This document shows positions 1-9,027 of a DNA stretch of 45,412 nucleotides, one piece after another. This DNA comes from Candidatus Bathyarchaeota archaeon. GTDB lineage: Archaea > Thermoproteota > Bathyarchaeia > Bathyarchaeales > Bathycorpusculaceae. The stretch covers positions 1-45,412 of the forward strand of contig CAVTZU010000035.1 of the NCBI GenBank assembly GCA_963739305.1, read 5' to 3'. The position numbers were made by a program, and so were the translations under genes. How positions within the stretch are numbered: position 1 is the first letter of the stretch; every line of letters begins with the position of its first letter. The notes below the pieces were generated by a model. That model was not told the DNA's origin and made no database searches. It worked only from the letters and a program-made list of their open reading frames with translations.

Positions 1-87
1 ATCGAGTTACCCTTTGTCAACGCGGAAAATCCGGCAACAAACCGTTCTGCGACAGCAGTCATTACCCCGAATGACTTAAAGAGGTGA
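1..87 (+). CDS. 3' end of an unidentified ORF running in from the window edge
   Basis: Frame 1 is open from base 1 (IELPFVNAENP...DLKR) to TGA at 85-87, followed by GAGGG and the next ATG at 97, as in an operon. Confidence 0.35.
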   Translation: MELPFVNAENPATNRSATAVITPNDLKR

Positions 88-96
88 GGGCTTCAA

Positions 97-419
97 ATGA
101 GTAAAATCAACCTTGAATATAATCTGGACAAAGTACTGAAGTCGAAAGACAAATCGATCGTTCTCTTCTACGCTTCCTGGTGTCCCTTTTCTAGAGGTTC
201 TTGCCCGTGTTCAAAAAATACTCCCGAGCCAAGCCTGATAGTTGCTTGGAAGTCGTCACCGATGACAAAGCGAGTCTTTGTGAAAAATACAACGTGGACG
301 TAGTCCCCACGGTGCTTATCTTCGAGAAAGGCAAAGTCACGAAGCGGTTGGACGGAGCGGCAGGCATCGGACTGACAGAGAAACAACTGCTCGATTTCGC
401 CAAAAAATCCGAACGTTAA
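97..419 (+). pseudogene. Thioredoxin-family protein split by a 1-nt frameshift near 195 (pseudogene or sequence error)
   Basis: VLFYASWCPFS in ORF 97..303 continues in ORF 201..419 as FLPVF...LCEKYNVDVVPTVLIFEKGKVTKRLDG (cis-Pro motif); joined about 107 aa. Confidence 0.8.
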
Positions 420-542
420 ATCGCTGCGTTTCAAGCAGACAGGACGAGCTTTCGTCAGCTGTCGGTCTGATCTAGGATCGGATCTTCAAAGTTATGGCGC
501 CAATGGGGCACGTTGAGACGCGGCACTAAAAGCTGATCGAGG

Positions 543-1316
543 TCACATTCTCAGCACTCCAGAAAGCACGTAGGTCAATGCGAATATCACCCCGAATCCA
601 ACCGCGCAGGCGCCAACCGTGAGTGCTGGAGGGTTCTTGGCGTGAGCTTCTGGCAAGAGGTCACTTGCCCCCAAGTACAGAAAGCCACCGGCAAAAAATG
701 GCAGAAGGAGAACTATGTAGAACTGCTGAACCTGAATGAAAAGCGCCACAACGGCTCCAAAAACCGGCGCAACCGCATCCAAGAACAACATTCGCAGGGA
801 ATTTTTCAGGGAGTTTCCGGAATTCAACATCACAGTAACTGTGCTAAGACCATCCGTGAAGTCATGACATATGACTGCAATCGCTATGATGATTCCTACG
901 TGGATGTCGGCTTGGAAACCAAACCCAATGGCTAGACCGTCGATGAAACTATGGACCGAAAGCTCGGAGGTCGCGAAGAGGCCGCCTACGGGATGCTTGA
1001 CTTCAACGTATTCGCCATCCTTGCTGAAAACATGAGCGCTGATTAGCCGAGAGATCACGTAGAGGAAAAGGAACCCGACGACTGTCAAGGCCATAACGTC
1101 TTCAAGAAGTACGTTCACCGCCGTGGCAAGCTTGAATGTCTCAGGCAGCAAATCCAACAGAGAAGTCGTGATCAATATCCCAGCGGCGAAGGCGCCCAGA
1201 ACTCCAATGTTCTTCCTTCGTCTTGCTGCAAATGTCCCTCCGAGCAAAGTAGAAAAGCAAGTAACGACAGCCAGCAAGAGCGCGTAAAGGTTCATATCGC
1301 TATCCTTTCTTGACAC
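543..1316 (-). CDS. ZIP-family (ZupT-like) divalent metal transporter
   Basis: Multi-TM; motifs LLPE, SVHSFIDGLAIG, ICHDFTDG, GGFLYLGASDLLPE. Confidence 0.9.
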   Translation of the reverse strand: MSRKDSDMNLYALLLAVVTCFSTLLGGTFAARRRKNIGVLGAFAAGILITTSLLDLLPETFKLATAVNVLLEDVMALTVVGFLFLYVISRLISAHVFSKDGEYVEVKHPVGGLFATSELSVHSFIDGLAIGFGFQADIHVGIIIAIAVICHDFTDGLSTVTVMLNSGNSLKNSLRMLFLDAVAPVFGAVVALFIQVQQFYIVLLLPFFAGGFLYLGASDLLPEAHAKNPPALTVGACAVGFGVIFALTYVLSGVLRM

Positions 1317-1364
1317 AAGCTACTTAATCATTTTCGTAAAGGAGCCATATCTTGAATGTTGTCT

Positions 1365-2129
1365 TCATCTACTAGTCTTTTTCGCGCGCGCGGGAACTTT
1401 TCTTCCTGTCAACAGTTTCATCCTGGTTTCTCTGACGGCAATTCTGGGAAGCACGTCTTCATTTTCCTCCAGATATCTTTCGACCCTCTGCCTGCTGTGC
1501 TTGATTAGATCCCTTAGCAGCCATGATATCGCCTTCGTACTCAGAATGTTTCGCTCGGACTTTAATCTGTCAATGTTCATGAGAGCCACGTCTGTCAGCC
1601 TTGAATCTTCCGAGTCTCTCACTGGTTTGATAAGCAAAACCAGACTCGCGCGTCTCTTGTTAACGTTGCTATCCGAAGCAAGCTTGGTCAACAACCTCTT
1701 CCATTCTTTCCAGTTGCCCAAAACCTCAGTTGCAGTGAATTTCGATTGGCACAACGAATCAACTTCGGCCCACCCGTGCAATCTATTCAGCCAAACGTCA
1801 ATGTACTTCGGTTCAACATGCTTCCTTAGTTTGGGCATTGACTCAAGCAACTCGCCAGCCATCGAAATCTCGTTAATCGATTCTCCCTGATACAGAGAGC
1901 TTAACAATTCAATGTACTGAGACATCGAAAGATCAGAATGCCTTTTTACCCATTCTTTTACGATTCTTTTCTCGGTATCTGCTCCGAGCACGTAGCATAC
2001 CTTGTCAGTTCCAATATACCTCAAGAGCTTCTCTTTCTCATCCCGAGACATATCGCGCGCATTTGCCTTCGCTTCGGACACGAGATCAAAGCGATATTTG
2101 TTCAAAACCTTTCGATTCAACTGTCCCAA
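1365..2129 (-). CDS. AlkD-like HEAT-repeat DNA alkylation repair protein
   Basis: WAEVDSLC, NKRRASLV, KAISWLLR and VRE motifs typical of the AlkD family. Confidence 0.8.
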   Translation of the reverse strand: MGQLNRKVLNKYRFDLVSEAKANARDMSRDEKEKLLRYIGTDKVCYVLGADTEKRIVKEWVKRHSDLSMSQYIELLSSLYQGESINEISMAGELLESMPKLRKHVEPKYIDVWLNRLHGWAEVDSLCQSKFTATEVLGNWKEWKRLLTKLASDSNVNKRRASLVLLIKPVRDSEDSRLTDVALMNIDRLKSERNILSTKAISWLLRDLIKHSRQRVERYLEENEDVLPRIAVRETRMKLLTGRKVPARAKKTSR

Positions 2130-2171
2130 TCCTGGTTCATAGCAACGTCTTCTTCAGGGGCAGGGGCTTGC

Positions 2172-2603
2172 TTATTCTTGCGGAGGCCTAGTGTAGACTT
2201 CGATAACGTGGTTATCAGGATCACAGAAAGAAGCTGCATAGTATCCTGGCACGAATTCTGGATGCTCTTCAGGAGGGAACAAAGGTTCAAACCCATTTTG
2301 CTTCATATTTTTAGCCACCGTGACCACGCTCTTCTTATCTGGAACAAAGATGGCTAAATGCTCTGTAACCACAAACTCCTCTCCAGTAGGAGCAGCACAC
2401 TTGACCCTCACATCTCTCTGCTCGCCTAGCCACACTTGAAAATTCTGATTCGAGAATCCGAGGACCCCTTTCGAGTCAACAATGACTCTGCAGCCGAGAG
2501 TTTTCAACAAGACCTCATAGAACCTTCTCGCCTTTCTGAGGTTTGTTACTTCGATTCCAACATGACCAATTGTGGCTCGTTCTTCTTTTTTCTCAGGCAC
2601 CAT
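2172..2603 (-). CDS. VOC/glyoxalase-bleomycin resistance family protein
   Basis: IGHVGIEVTNL..ARRFY, HLAI, GYYAASFCDPDNHVIEV. Confidence 0.88.
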   Translation of the reverse strand: MVPEKKEERATIGHVGIEVTNLRKARRFYEVLLKTLGCRVIVDSKGVLGFSNQNFQVWLGEQRDVRVKCAAPTGEEFVVTEHLAIFVPDKKSVVTVAKNMKQNGFEPLFPPEEHPEFVPGYYAASFCDPDNHVIEVYTRPPQE

Positions 2604-2786
2604 GCGTTACCACGTGAACTTTAAGGGATGCTTTGGTTTCATAAGCTTTGCCTACCGCTTGAGGGTAACTCCTGCGCGCGCTTCTTAAGAGCACGTGACT
2701 GCTCCATCATCATGACAGACCGCCTAACTATGCCGACAGCGGCTTGTCAGCAGGGTTTATTTCGAATGGGTTCCCACTATCCATCC

Positions 2787-3392
2787 ATGATTCTGAAAAG
2801 AAGCTTCTACGAGCGAAACACTTTGACAGTGGCAAAGGATCTCCTTGGAAAACTCTTGGTCCATGAAACCCCGCTAGGTATGACTGCAGGCAAGATCGTT
2901 GAGACCGAAGCATACATGGGTCCCGAGGACAAAGCTTCACATGCCTTCGGAAATCTCCGTACGAAACGGACCGAAGCTCAATTCGGACCAAAAGGACACG
3001 CCTATATCTATTTTGTCTATGGAATGCACTATTGTTTCAACGTTACCAGCGGAATAATCCCCGGGAAACCCGACGCAATCTTGGTGAGAGCACTTGAGCC
3101 AGTTTTGGGGGTGGACATAATGATTAAACGCAGGGATATCTCTGACCGAAATACGACTAACTTGACAAATGGACCCGGCAAGCTCTGCAAGGCAATGGGT
3201 ATGTCGACAAAACAGAATGGAGCCGACCTATGTGCTCCACCGCTTCACATCGACGGAGGCCAAAGGATACGAAAAACCGAGATCGTTCAAACAACGCGTA
3301 TTCACGTGGATTATGCAGGTGAATGGAAATACGCACCTTGGAGATTTTTCGTAAAGAACAACCTGTACGTTTCGAGACCAACTGGAAAATAG
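2787..3392 (+). CDS. mpg: 3-methyladenine DNA glycosylase, AAG/MPG family
   Basis: SFYER..VAKDLLGKLLV, IVETEAY, DKASHA, YIYFVYGMHYC, NGPGKLC, PWRF; likely start ATG 2787 rather than 2628. Confidence 0.92.
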   Translation: MILKRSFYERNTLTVAKDLLGKLLVHETPLGMTAGKIVETEAYMGPEDKASHAFGNLRTKRTEAQFGPKGHAYIYFVYGMHYCFNVTSGIIPGKPDAILVRALEPVLGVDIMIKRRDISDRNTTNLTNGPGKLCKAMGMSTKQNGADLCAPPLHIDGGQRIRKTEIVQTTRIHVDYAGEWKYAPWRFFVKNNLYVSRPTGK

Positions 3393-3463
3393 GTCGCGCC
3401 CGTCAGAAATCGTGTGCGTTAGGTACAAATAGGAACACTGTCGCTTAGCATTCTGTGGAGAAT

Positions 3464-3814
3464 ATGTCAATCTGGAAAACAGACAAATGGAACTATAGAA
3501 TAACCAGTAAGCGATCCATTCTGATCAGGAACAAGAGCATAGATCAACACAAAGTTGGTGCAGTGGATCTGACAACGAAGCTCCCTATCGTGTTCGAAGT
3601 CTCCAAGGATGTTTCAATGCAGGCAATCAAAGTAGGCAAAAAATATCTCGTGACGGTCAGAATCTACACCGCCAAATCGACGGAGAACGTGAGCGCAGAC
3701 TATATTGAACTCTTTCAGGTGCTCGACGTGGATCAACCGGCAGAAAACTTTCTGTCAGCAACGTGCTGTTATCCAAACCTTATCCGATTTGAACTCGAGG
3801 ACATAGAAACATAG
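3464..3814 (+). CDS. Hypothetical protein (beta-rich)
   Basis: About 116-aa ORF with GGAG upstream of ATG 3464 and no competing ORF; no recognised motif. Confidence 0.55.
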   Translation: MSIWKTDKWNYRITSKRSILIRNKSIDQHKVGAVDLTTKLPIVFEVSKDVSMQAIKVGKKYLVTVRIYTAKSTENVSADYIELFQVLDVDQPAENFLSATCCYPNLIRFELEDIET

Positions 3815-3863
3815 TCAATAGTTTCCTGATAATTGAAGGAAATCAGGATTCTGCAGAACGAAA

Positions 3864-4475
3864 CTATCGGATCGTTTTGTTCTTGGCGCCGCTTTTGCTG
3901 GTCATTTTCCTTATCTGTTCATAGCGGAAGCAGTGAACTAAGTGATCATTCACTAAACCAGCACCTTGCATGAAGGCGTAGCAGATGGTTGGTCCTACGA
4001 ACTTGAAGCCTCTTTCCTTCAATTTTTTGCTCATCACCCTGCTTTCTGAAGAGTCAGCTGGAAGATCTGCAAAGGTTTTAAGAGCATTGTCGATTGTTTT
4101 TCCTCGAACAAACTTCCAGACAAAGGCATCAAAAGAACCGAAATTATTCTGAATCTCCAGGAATTTGCGCGCGTTATTCACAGTCGCCTGTATTTTCGCC
4201 CTGTTACGAATGACTTCAGGATTGTTCATAATACGGTTGATGTCTTTCTCGGTGTACTTCGCTATCTTTTGCGGGTCGAAATCGCTGAATGCTTTCTTCA
4301 TTGCTTTTCTTCTGTCAAGGATGAGTTTCCACGTTAACCCTGCCTGAAAACCTTCGAGTACTAATAACTCGAACAATCGCTTGTCATCATGAAGAGGAGT
4401 ACCCCATTCGTCGTCATGATAGGCGATGAAAAGCGGGTCAGTGGTTTTCCAGCACCTTACAAGATGCTTTTTCAT
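3864..4475 (-). CDS. tag: DNA-3-methyladenine glycosylase I
   Basis: RCW..YHDDEWG, LFELLVLEGFQAGLTW, IRNRAKI, GFKFVGPTICYAFMQ.AGLVNDH..CF. Confidence 0.95.
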   Translation of the reverse strand: MKKHLVRCWKTTDPLFIAYHDDEWGTPLHDDKRLFELLVLEGFQAGLTWKLILDRRKAMKKAFSDFDPQKIAKYTEKDINRIMNNPEVIRNRAKIQATVNNARKFLEIQNNFGSFDAFVWKFVRGKTIDNALKTFADLPADSSESRVMSKKLKERGFKFVGPTICYAFMQGAGLVNDHLVHCFRYEQIRKMTSKSGAKNKTIR

Positions 4476-4669
4476 GACGAACAGTATCCTATGTCAACGT
4501 TCTTAAGTTTGTCCATAAAGTATTTTTCCCCGTTTAGACCTTACGAAAAACGTCACGTAAGATGGTGTGCCGTTTTGCGGAGGATCTCAATAAGGCGCGC
4601 AGACCGGTTTCTGCAGATTCTTCCTTTGTGGTCACCATTTCATGCGTGGCGATTATAGTTGGTCAAGGT

Positions 4670-4973
4670 CTAGAATGTTTGCAGTTTCAACTTGCTCAAA
4701 TAGTGCTCTTTCAGCTTTGCTAGCTTCGGCGCGATGACCAGAGTGCAGTATGCTTGTTCTGGGTGCCGTTTGAAGTAGTCTTTGTGATAGTCTTCTGCAG
4801 GGTAAAACACTCTCAACGGTTCAAGCTCCGTCACGATCGGTCTGTCCCACGCGTTTGCCTCACTCATCTCTTTGATCACTTGCACAGCTACCGCTTTCTG
4901 TTGATCATCGCGGTAAAATATGACTGAACGGTACTGGGTTCCGACATCAGGACCCTGACGGTTCAACGTGGTT
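4670..4973 (-). pseudogene. msrA: 3' half of peptide-methionine (S)-S-oxide reductase; 5' half absent
   Basis: TTLNRQGPDVGTQYRSVIFY, FYPAEDYHKDYF, YC present; no GCFW motif; homology starts abruptly at the (CG)n tract 4974-4986. Confidence 0.88.
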
Positions 4974-4986
4974 CGCGCGCGCGCGC
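4974..4986. repeat. 13-nt alternating CG tract at the msrA breakpoint
   Basis: cgcgcgcgcgcgc read directly. Confidence 0.9.
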
Positions 4987-5025
4987 TACTATTGACCAGT
5001 CTGTTGGACAATGAGGATGAGATGA

Positions 5026-5577
5026 TTGGACCTGGATCAGGCTCTAAAGGGTCGCAGAAGCATACGAAGCTACGTTGAAAAGGGAGTGCCAATACAGCTC
5101 GTCAGACAGGTCATTGAGGCTGGCACGTTTGCACCTTCAGCTAAGAACGGCCAGCAATGGCGGTTCACCGTAGTTGGTGGAAAAACAAAAGCAGATCTGA
5201 CTGCAGTTTTCCGAGCTCAGTTGGAGAACGTCTCACAGAAAATTGGCAGAGAAAGCATGGGATCTTCTTTCTCTTCCTGTGTGATAATGGAACAAGCACC
5301 CATCGTCATAATGGTTTGGAACGCCGGAGAGAGAGGATGGGAAACCGAAACCCAGAGCGTCGCCGCCGCCATTCAAAACATGCTGCTCAAGGCACATTCT
5401 CTTGGGTTGGGAACTTTATGGATCGGCGACATCTTCTACGCGACTGAAACCCTCACACGTCACCTCAACAAACCTTGGAGGCTCGCGGCAGCCGTGGCCT
5501 TAGGATGGCCAGCCTCGGCTCCAGAACCGCGTCCAAGGAAATCTGTTGATGAAGTCACCGAATTCTTCATCGACTAA
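5026..5577 (+). CDS. Nitroreductase-family flavoprotein
   Basis: RRSIRSY, APSAKNGQQWRF, AAAIQNMLLKAHSLGLGTLWIG, LGWP, RPRK. Confidence 0.92.
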   Translation: MDLDQALKGRRSIRSYVEKGVPIQLVRQVIEAGTFAPSAKNGQQWRFTVVGGKTKADLTAVFRAQLENVSQKIGRESMGSSFSSCVIMEQAPIVIMVWNAGERGWETETQSVAAAIQNMLLKAHSLGLGTLWIGDIFYATETLTRHLNKPWRLAAAVALGWPASAPEPRPRKSVDEVTEFFID

Positions 5578-5650
5578 CAAGAAAAGCTTCAGAAAGCCTT
5601 GGCAGTACAAAAAAAGAGGGTGAAGCGTCGTCATTTATTTATGAGTGGTG

Positions 5651-5665
5651 CTAAACCTTTTTATC
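5651..5665 (+). promoter_or_regulatory. Putative BRE/TATA promoter of the DEAD-box helicase gene
   Basis: ctaaacctttttatc about 110 nt upstream of the ATG. Confidence 0.4.
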
Positions 5666-5773
5666 TGAGAACGATATGTATTGGTCACGTCACAATAATT
5701 CATGTAATTAACGAAGCTTCTGAAAGCTTTTAGAAATGCATGCACAATTTTTGTGGCAGGAGATACATAGTAT

Positions 5774-6964
5774 ATGCAAAATATGCAAAATAATACCTTC
5801 AAAGACTTGTCACTAAGCAGTGAGGTCATGAAAGGTATCGAAGAGCTTGGATTCACAGATCTATTTCCAATTCAAGCTCAAGCGATAACGCCGTTGCTTC
5901 AAGGCAAGGACGTTATCGGTCAAGCACAAACAGGAACAGGCAAAACCGCCGCCTTCGGTATACCGATGATTGAGCGGGTAAACCCTGAGGTCAAAGAAAT
6001 TCAAGGTTTGATCCTGGTTCCGACTCGAGAACTTGCAGTGCAAGTTGCTGATCACGTACGGCGACTCGCAAAGTACGCGGGAGTGAGGGTTCTGCCGGTT
6101 TACGGCGGAGAACCCATAGAAAGACAAATTCACGCCCTGAGAGGCTGCATTCAGATCATCGTCGGAACGCCAGGCCGAGTCATCGACCTGATTGAAAGGC
6201 GAATACTTGATCTGGGGTTTGTGGGAGTTGTCGTTCTAGATGAAGCAGATCGCATGCTTGATATGGGCTTCATAGAAGACATCGAGTACATACTGCGAAA
6301 AGTGCCCAGAAATCGGCAGACCAGTCTTTTCTCAGCTACGATCGACGCGCAAGTGATGAGAATCTGCAATAGGTACATGAAGAATCCCGAAAAAATACTC
6401 GTAAGCAAGGATGAAATAGCCCTCACTCAGATGAACCAGTACTACATGGTGGTAAACCCGTATGAGAAGTTTGAAGTTCTCTGCAGCATACTGAACGAGA
6501 ACCACATAGAACGTGCTATAATATTCTGTAAAACCCGAACGGACACGGGCATTCTGGCTGAAAAGTTGAAAGACAAAGGCTATGATGCAAAACCGCTCCA
6601 TGCTGGGCTAACTCAACCACAACGAGACTGCGTCACCGACCTGTTCAGAAGAGGAAGGCTGAAGTTCCTAATCGCGACTGACGTCGCTGCCAGAGGATTA
6701 GATATTCAAGGAATCACCCACATAATAAACTTCGACGTACCAATGGAGGCGTTGGTTTACTTCCACCGAATCGGAAGAACGGCCAGGATGGGCAGCGAAG
6801 GCACGGCTATAACCCTCGTCAGTTACGGTGAAATGTCGGATTTCAACAGCATAAAGGCTATGACCAAGACAAGAATCCAGGAAATGCAAGAACCAGAGTC
6901 GAGCGGTGAGGGAAGCCAAAGAAGCCCAGTGTCCTATATTGCTGCACCAAAACCTCGATGGTAA
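5774..6964 (+). CDS. DEAD-box RNA helicase (DeaD/CshA-like core)
   Basis: Q motif PIQ, AQTGTGKT, PTRELA, GTPGR, DEAD, SAT, ARGLD, HRIGRTAR. Confidence 0.96.
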   Translation: MQNMQNNTFKDLSLSSEVMKGIEELGFTDLFPIQAQAITPLLQGKDVIGQAQTGTGKTAAFGIPMIERVNPEVKEIQGLILVPTRELAVQVADHVRRLAKYAGVRVLPVYGGEPIERQIHALRGCIQIIVGTPGRVIDLIERRILDLGFVGVVVLDEADRMLDMGFIEDIEYILRKVPRNRQTSLFSATIDAQVMRICNRYMKNPEKILVSKDEIALTQMNQYYMVVNPYEKFEVLCSILNENHIERAIIFCKTRTDTGILAEKLKDKGYDAKPLHAGLTQPQRDCVTDLFRRGRLKFLIATDVAARGLDIQGITHIINFDVPMEALVYFHRIGRTARMGSEGTAITLVSYGEMSDFNSIKAMTKTRIQEMQEPESSGEGSQRSPVSYIAAPKPRW

Positions 6965-7055
6965 ACGAATAGACTTAAATTAGCCTTGATAAATATAAAA
7001 ACCGTGCAAGAACAACCCACTTTTGCACTCAACAGAATAGGAGTTGAAGTAGTAA

Positions 7056-7193
7056 ATGTATAGAAAAGAGATGCACAAGGCAGTCTGTGCTGATTGCGGT
7101 AAGGAATGTGAAGTTCCTTTCAAACCAGACGGTAGCAGACCAGTATACTGCCGAGAATGTTATTCTAAACGAAGTCCACCACGAAGATATTAA
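7056..7193 (+). CDS. CxxC-x17-CxxC small zinc-finger protein (45 aa, not in ORF track)
   Basis: My translation MYRKEMHKAVCADCGKECEVPFKPDGSRPVYCRECYSKRSPPRRY; GGAG upstream, T-tract downstream. Confidence 0.88.
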   Translation: MYRKEMHKAVCADCGKECEVPFKPDGSRPVYCRECYSKRSPPRRY

Positions 7194-7229
7194 GCTCACA
7201 AGCTAACATCTTTACTTCGTTCCACCAAC

Positions 7230-7242
7230 TTTTTCTTTTTTT
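7230..7242 (+). terminator. Oligo-T terminator candidate
   Basis: T-rich tract about 36 nt after the CxxC gene stop. Confidence 0.45.
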
Positions 7243-7298
7243 ACCACTATTAATAATAAGAAGAAATCACATTCTTCATTGAGGTTAAGACCAAGAAA

Positions 7299-7442
7299 TT
7301 GCCTAAAGATCCCGTTTGCGGCATAATTCTGGACGAAAAAACATCCAAGTTCAAAATCACTTTCGATGGTGAAACGTATCATTTTTGCAGCGTCACCTGC
7401 AAGAAGAGGTTCAAGAGACACCCAGCAAAATTCGTTAAATAA
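7299..7442 (+). CDS. YHS/TRASH-domain small metal-binding protein (47 aa, not in ORF track)
   Basis: TTG start; MPKDPVCGIILDEKTSKFKITFDGETYHFCSVTCKKRFKRHPAKFVK matches DPVCG...Y.FCS..C...F...P. Confidence 0.85.
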   Translation: MPKDPVCGIILDEKTSKFKITFDGETYHFCSVTCKKRFKRHPAKFVK

Positions 7443-7553
7443 CATGGCCCCTCAATCGGCAAAGACATGGATGCTGGCGAAGCTTGATTACAATTGAAGT
7501 CACGGCAACAATCATGGGTAGGGTCGCATAACATAGAAGGAAAGTGAGACGAG

Positions 7554-8177
7554 ATGCGCAACAAAGTCTCATCAAGCGAATATCTTGCGTTCCTGAGCAT
7601 GAAGTATGAAGTTGATGCTGACAAATTCTTTGAAGCACTGGTCTCAGCAGCTGGAAAAAGTCAGAAATCCACCTGTGGAAACCTTTCAATCGTGTGTCGA
7701 AAAGAGAAGAAGGACGGAATCGTTCTTCTCATAACCAAGGGTCCGAAGGTTGTGGCGCAGTTTCCGGTTTCGAAGGAATTTCTGACCGAACGTAACAACC
7801 CCATTAAAGATGCTGCGAAGTTTACCTTCTCAAACAGACGCGTCATGCAAGAGAATAGAAAGGTCCAGCTATTCCAAATCAAAGACTTGAGGCCGGGTAT
7901 GAAGAAGATCCGTCTGAAAGCTGAGATTCTTGAGATCTCCGAAGCGAGTTCCGTTGTAACTAGGTTTGGGAACATGGCAAACGTAGCGAATGCATTGGTA
8001 TCCGATGAGAGCGGCGAAATCAAACTGTGCCTATGGAATGAACAAATAGGATCCATTTCAGTTGGAGACACTGTGGAGATTGAGAACGCAAACGTGTCCA
8101 CGTTCAGAGGCGAAAGACAATTGAGAATCGGGAGGAAAGGATGCATTCGAATTTCTCGCGACCCTTCTCCTAACTGA
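7554..8177 (+). CDS. SSB/RPA-like OB-fold protein with an uncharacterised N-terminal domain
   Basis: C-half IKDLRPGMKKI..VANALVSDESGEIKLCLWNEQI..GDTVEIENA.V..FRGERQL.IGR.G is an archaeal SSB-type OB fold. Confidence 0.85.
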   Translation: MRNKVSSSEYLAFLSMKYEVDADKFFEALVSAAGKSQKSTCGNLSIVCRKEKKDGIVLLITKGPKVVAQFPVSKEFLTERNNPIKDAAKFTFSNRRVMQENRKVQLFQIKDLRPGMKKIRLKAEILEISEASSVVTRFGNMANVANALVSDESGEIKLCLWNEQIGSISVGDTVEIENANVSTFRGERQLRIGRKGCIRISRDPSPN

Positions 8178-8267
8178 AGCGGCACTGAATTGTACCGGGG
8201 CTGAATAACTTACTGATATCGCAAAACAATTAAGCATGGAATACAGAAGCTTTCGCTTGTCAGAGGG

Positions 8268-8543
8268 ATGGGAGTGACAGCGGTACAAGCTTACATACTC
8301 TTCAAGGTCAACTCTGGAATGGAGAAGGAAGTAAGCAAACAACTCGCAGAGCTGGATGAGGTTCAAGAGGCAAGCATAACTTACGGCGAATACGATGTTA
8401 TTGCAAAAATAAACGTGAACGATCTTCATCTGCTAGAAGACTTCCTTGCAGACAAAATCCGAAGCGTTCGGAGCGTCGTATTGACGTCAACGATGATTAT
8501 CGCCCAGGAGTTTAAAGGAAGAAAGCAGCGGGCCTTGAAGTAA
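8268..8543 (+). CDS. Stand-alone Lrp/AsnC ligand-binding (RAM) domain protein
   Basis: AYILFKV..GME..V...L...V......YGEYDVIAKI.....T.TMI; no HTH. Confidence 0.85.
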   Translation: MGVTAVQAYILFKVNSGMEKEVSKQLAELDEVQEASITYGEYDVIAKINVNDLHLLEDFLADKIRSVRSVVLTSTMIIAQEFKGRKQRALK

Positions 8544-8711
8544 CGTCTCGCCTCATCAGAGCTGGCTCATCAGCATTGTTTCCTCATTCTTTCTTTTTAC
8601 GCGGAGCTTTGCCTAGACTGAATGGTGACGAACCGCGCGCAGTATAACAACAAACCATATCCTGCTCATCTAATCTAACAAGAAACAGAATTGTTAACGG
8701 AGGACAAAAGC

Positions 8712-8873
8712 ATGGACAAATACAAGTGCACAATCTGTGGCTATGTGTATGATCCAGAAAACGGCGACCCTGAGTCAGGCATCAAGCAGGGAACTTCGTT
8801 TGAAGAGCTTCCTGACAACTGGGTCTGTCCGATTTGCGGAGCCGCGAAGGATCAGTTTGAAAAATCAGAATAA
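8712..8873 (+). CDS. Rubredoxin
   Basis: [41 protein letters not shown]; ATG 8712 after GGAGG. Confidence 0.95.
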   Translation: MDKYKCTICGYVYDPENGDPESGIKQGTSFEELPDNWVCPICGAAKDQFEKSE

Positions 8874-9027
8874 GCAATGTTCCTTTGACTGAGAATCTAC
8901 TTTTTTCAGTTGATTCTCCAGGCTGAGGGTCAGAAATTGCAAGATCTGACCTAAGAAAGGAATCGTGTTTTCCTCGAGCAACCAAAACCAACCGGAGTCA
9001 TTTCCACAAAAGTTGCCTTTTAATGTG

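Noticed and set aside
4987-5092. N-terminal 35 codons of tracked ORF 4670..5092 as a real MsrA fusion
   Set aside because: This is the antisense of the nitroreductase start read through the CG tract, with no MsrA similarity
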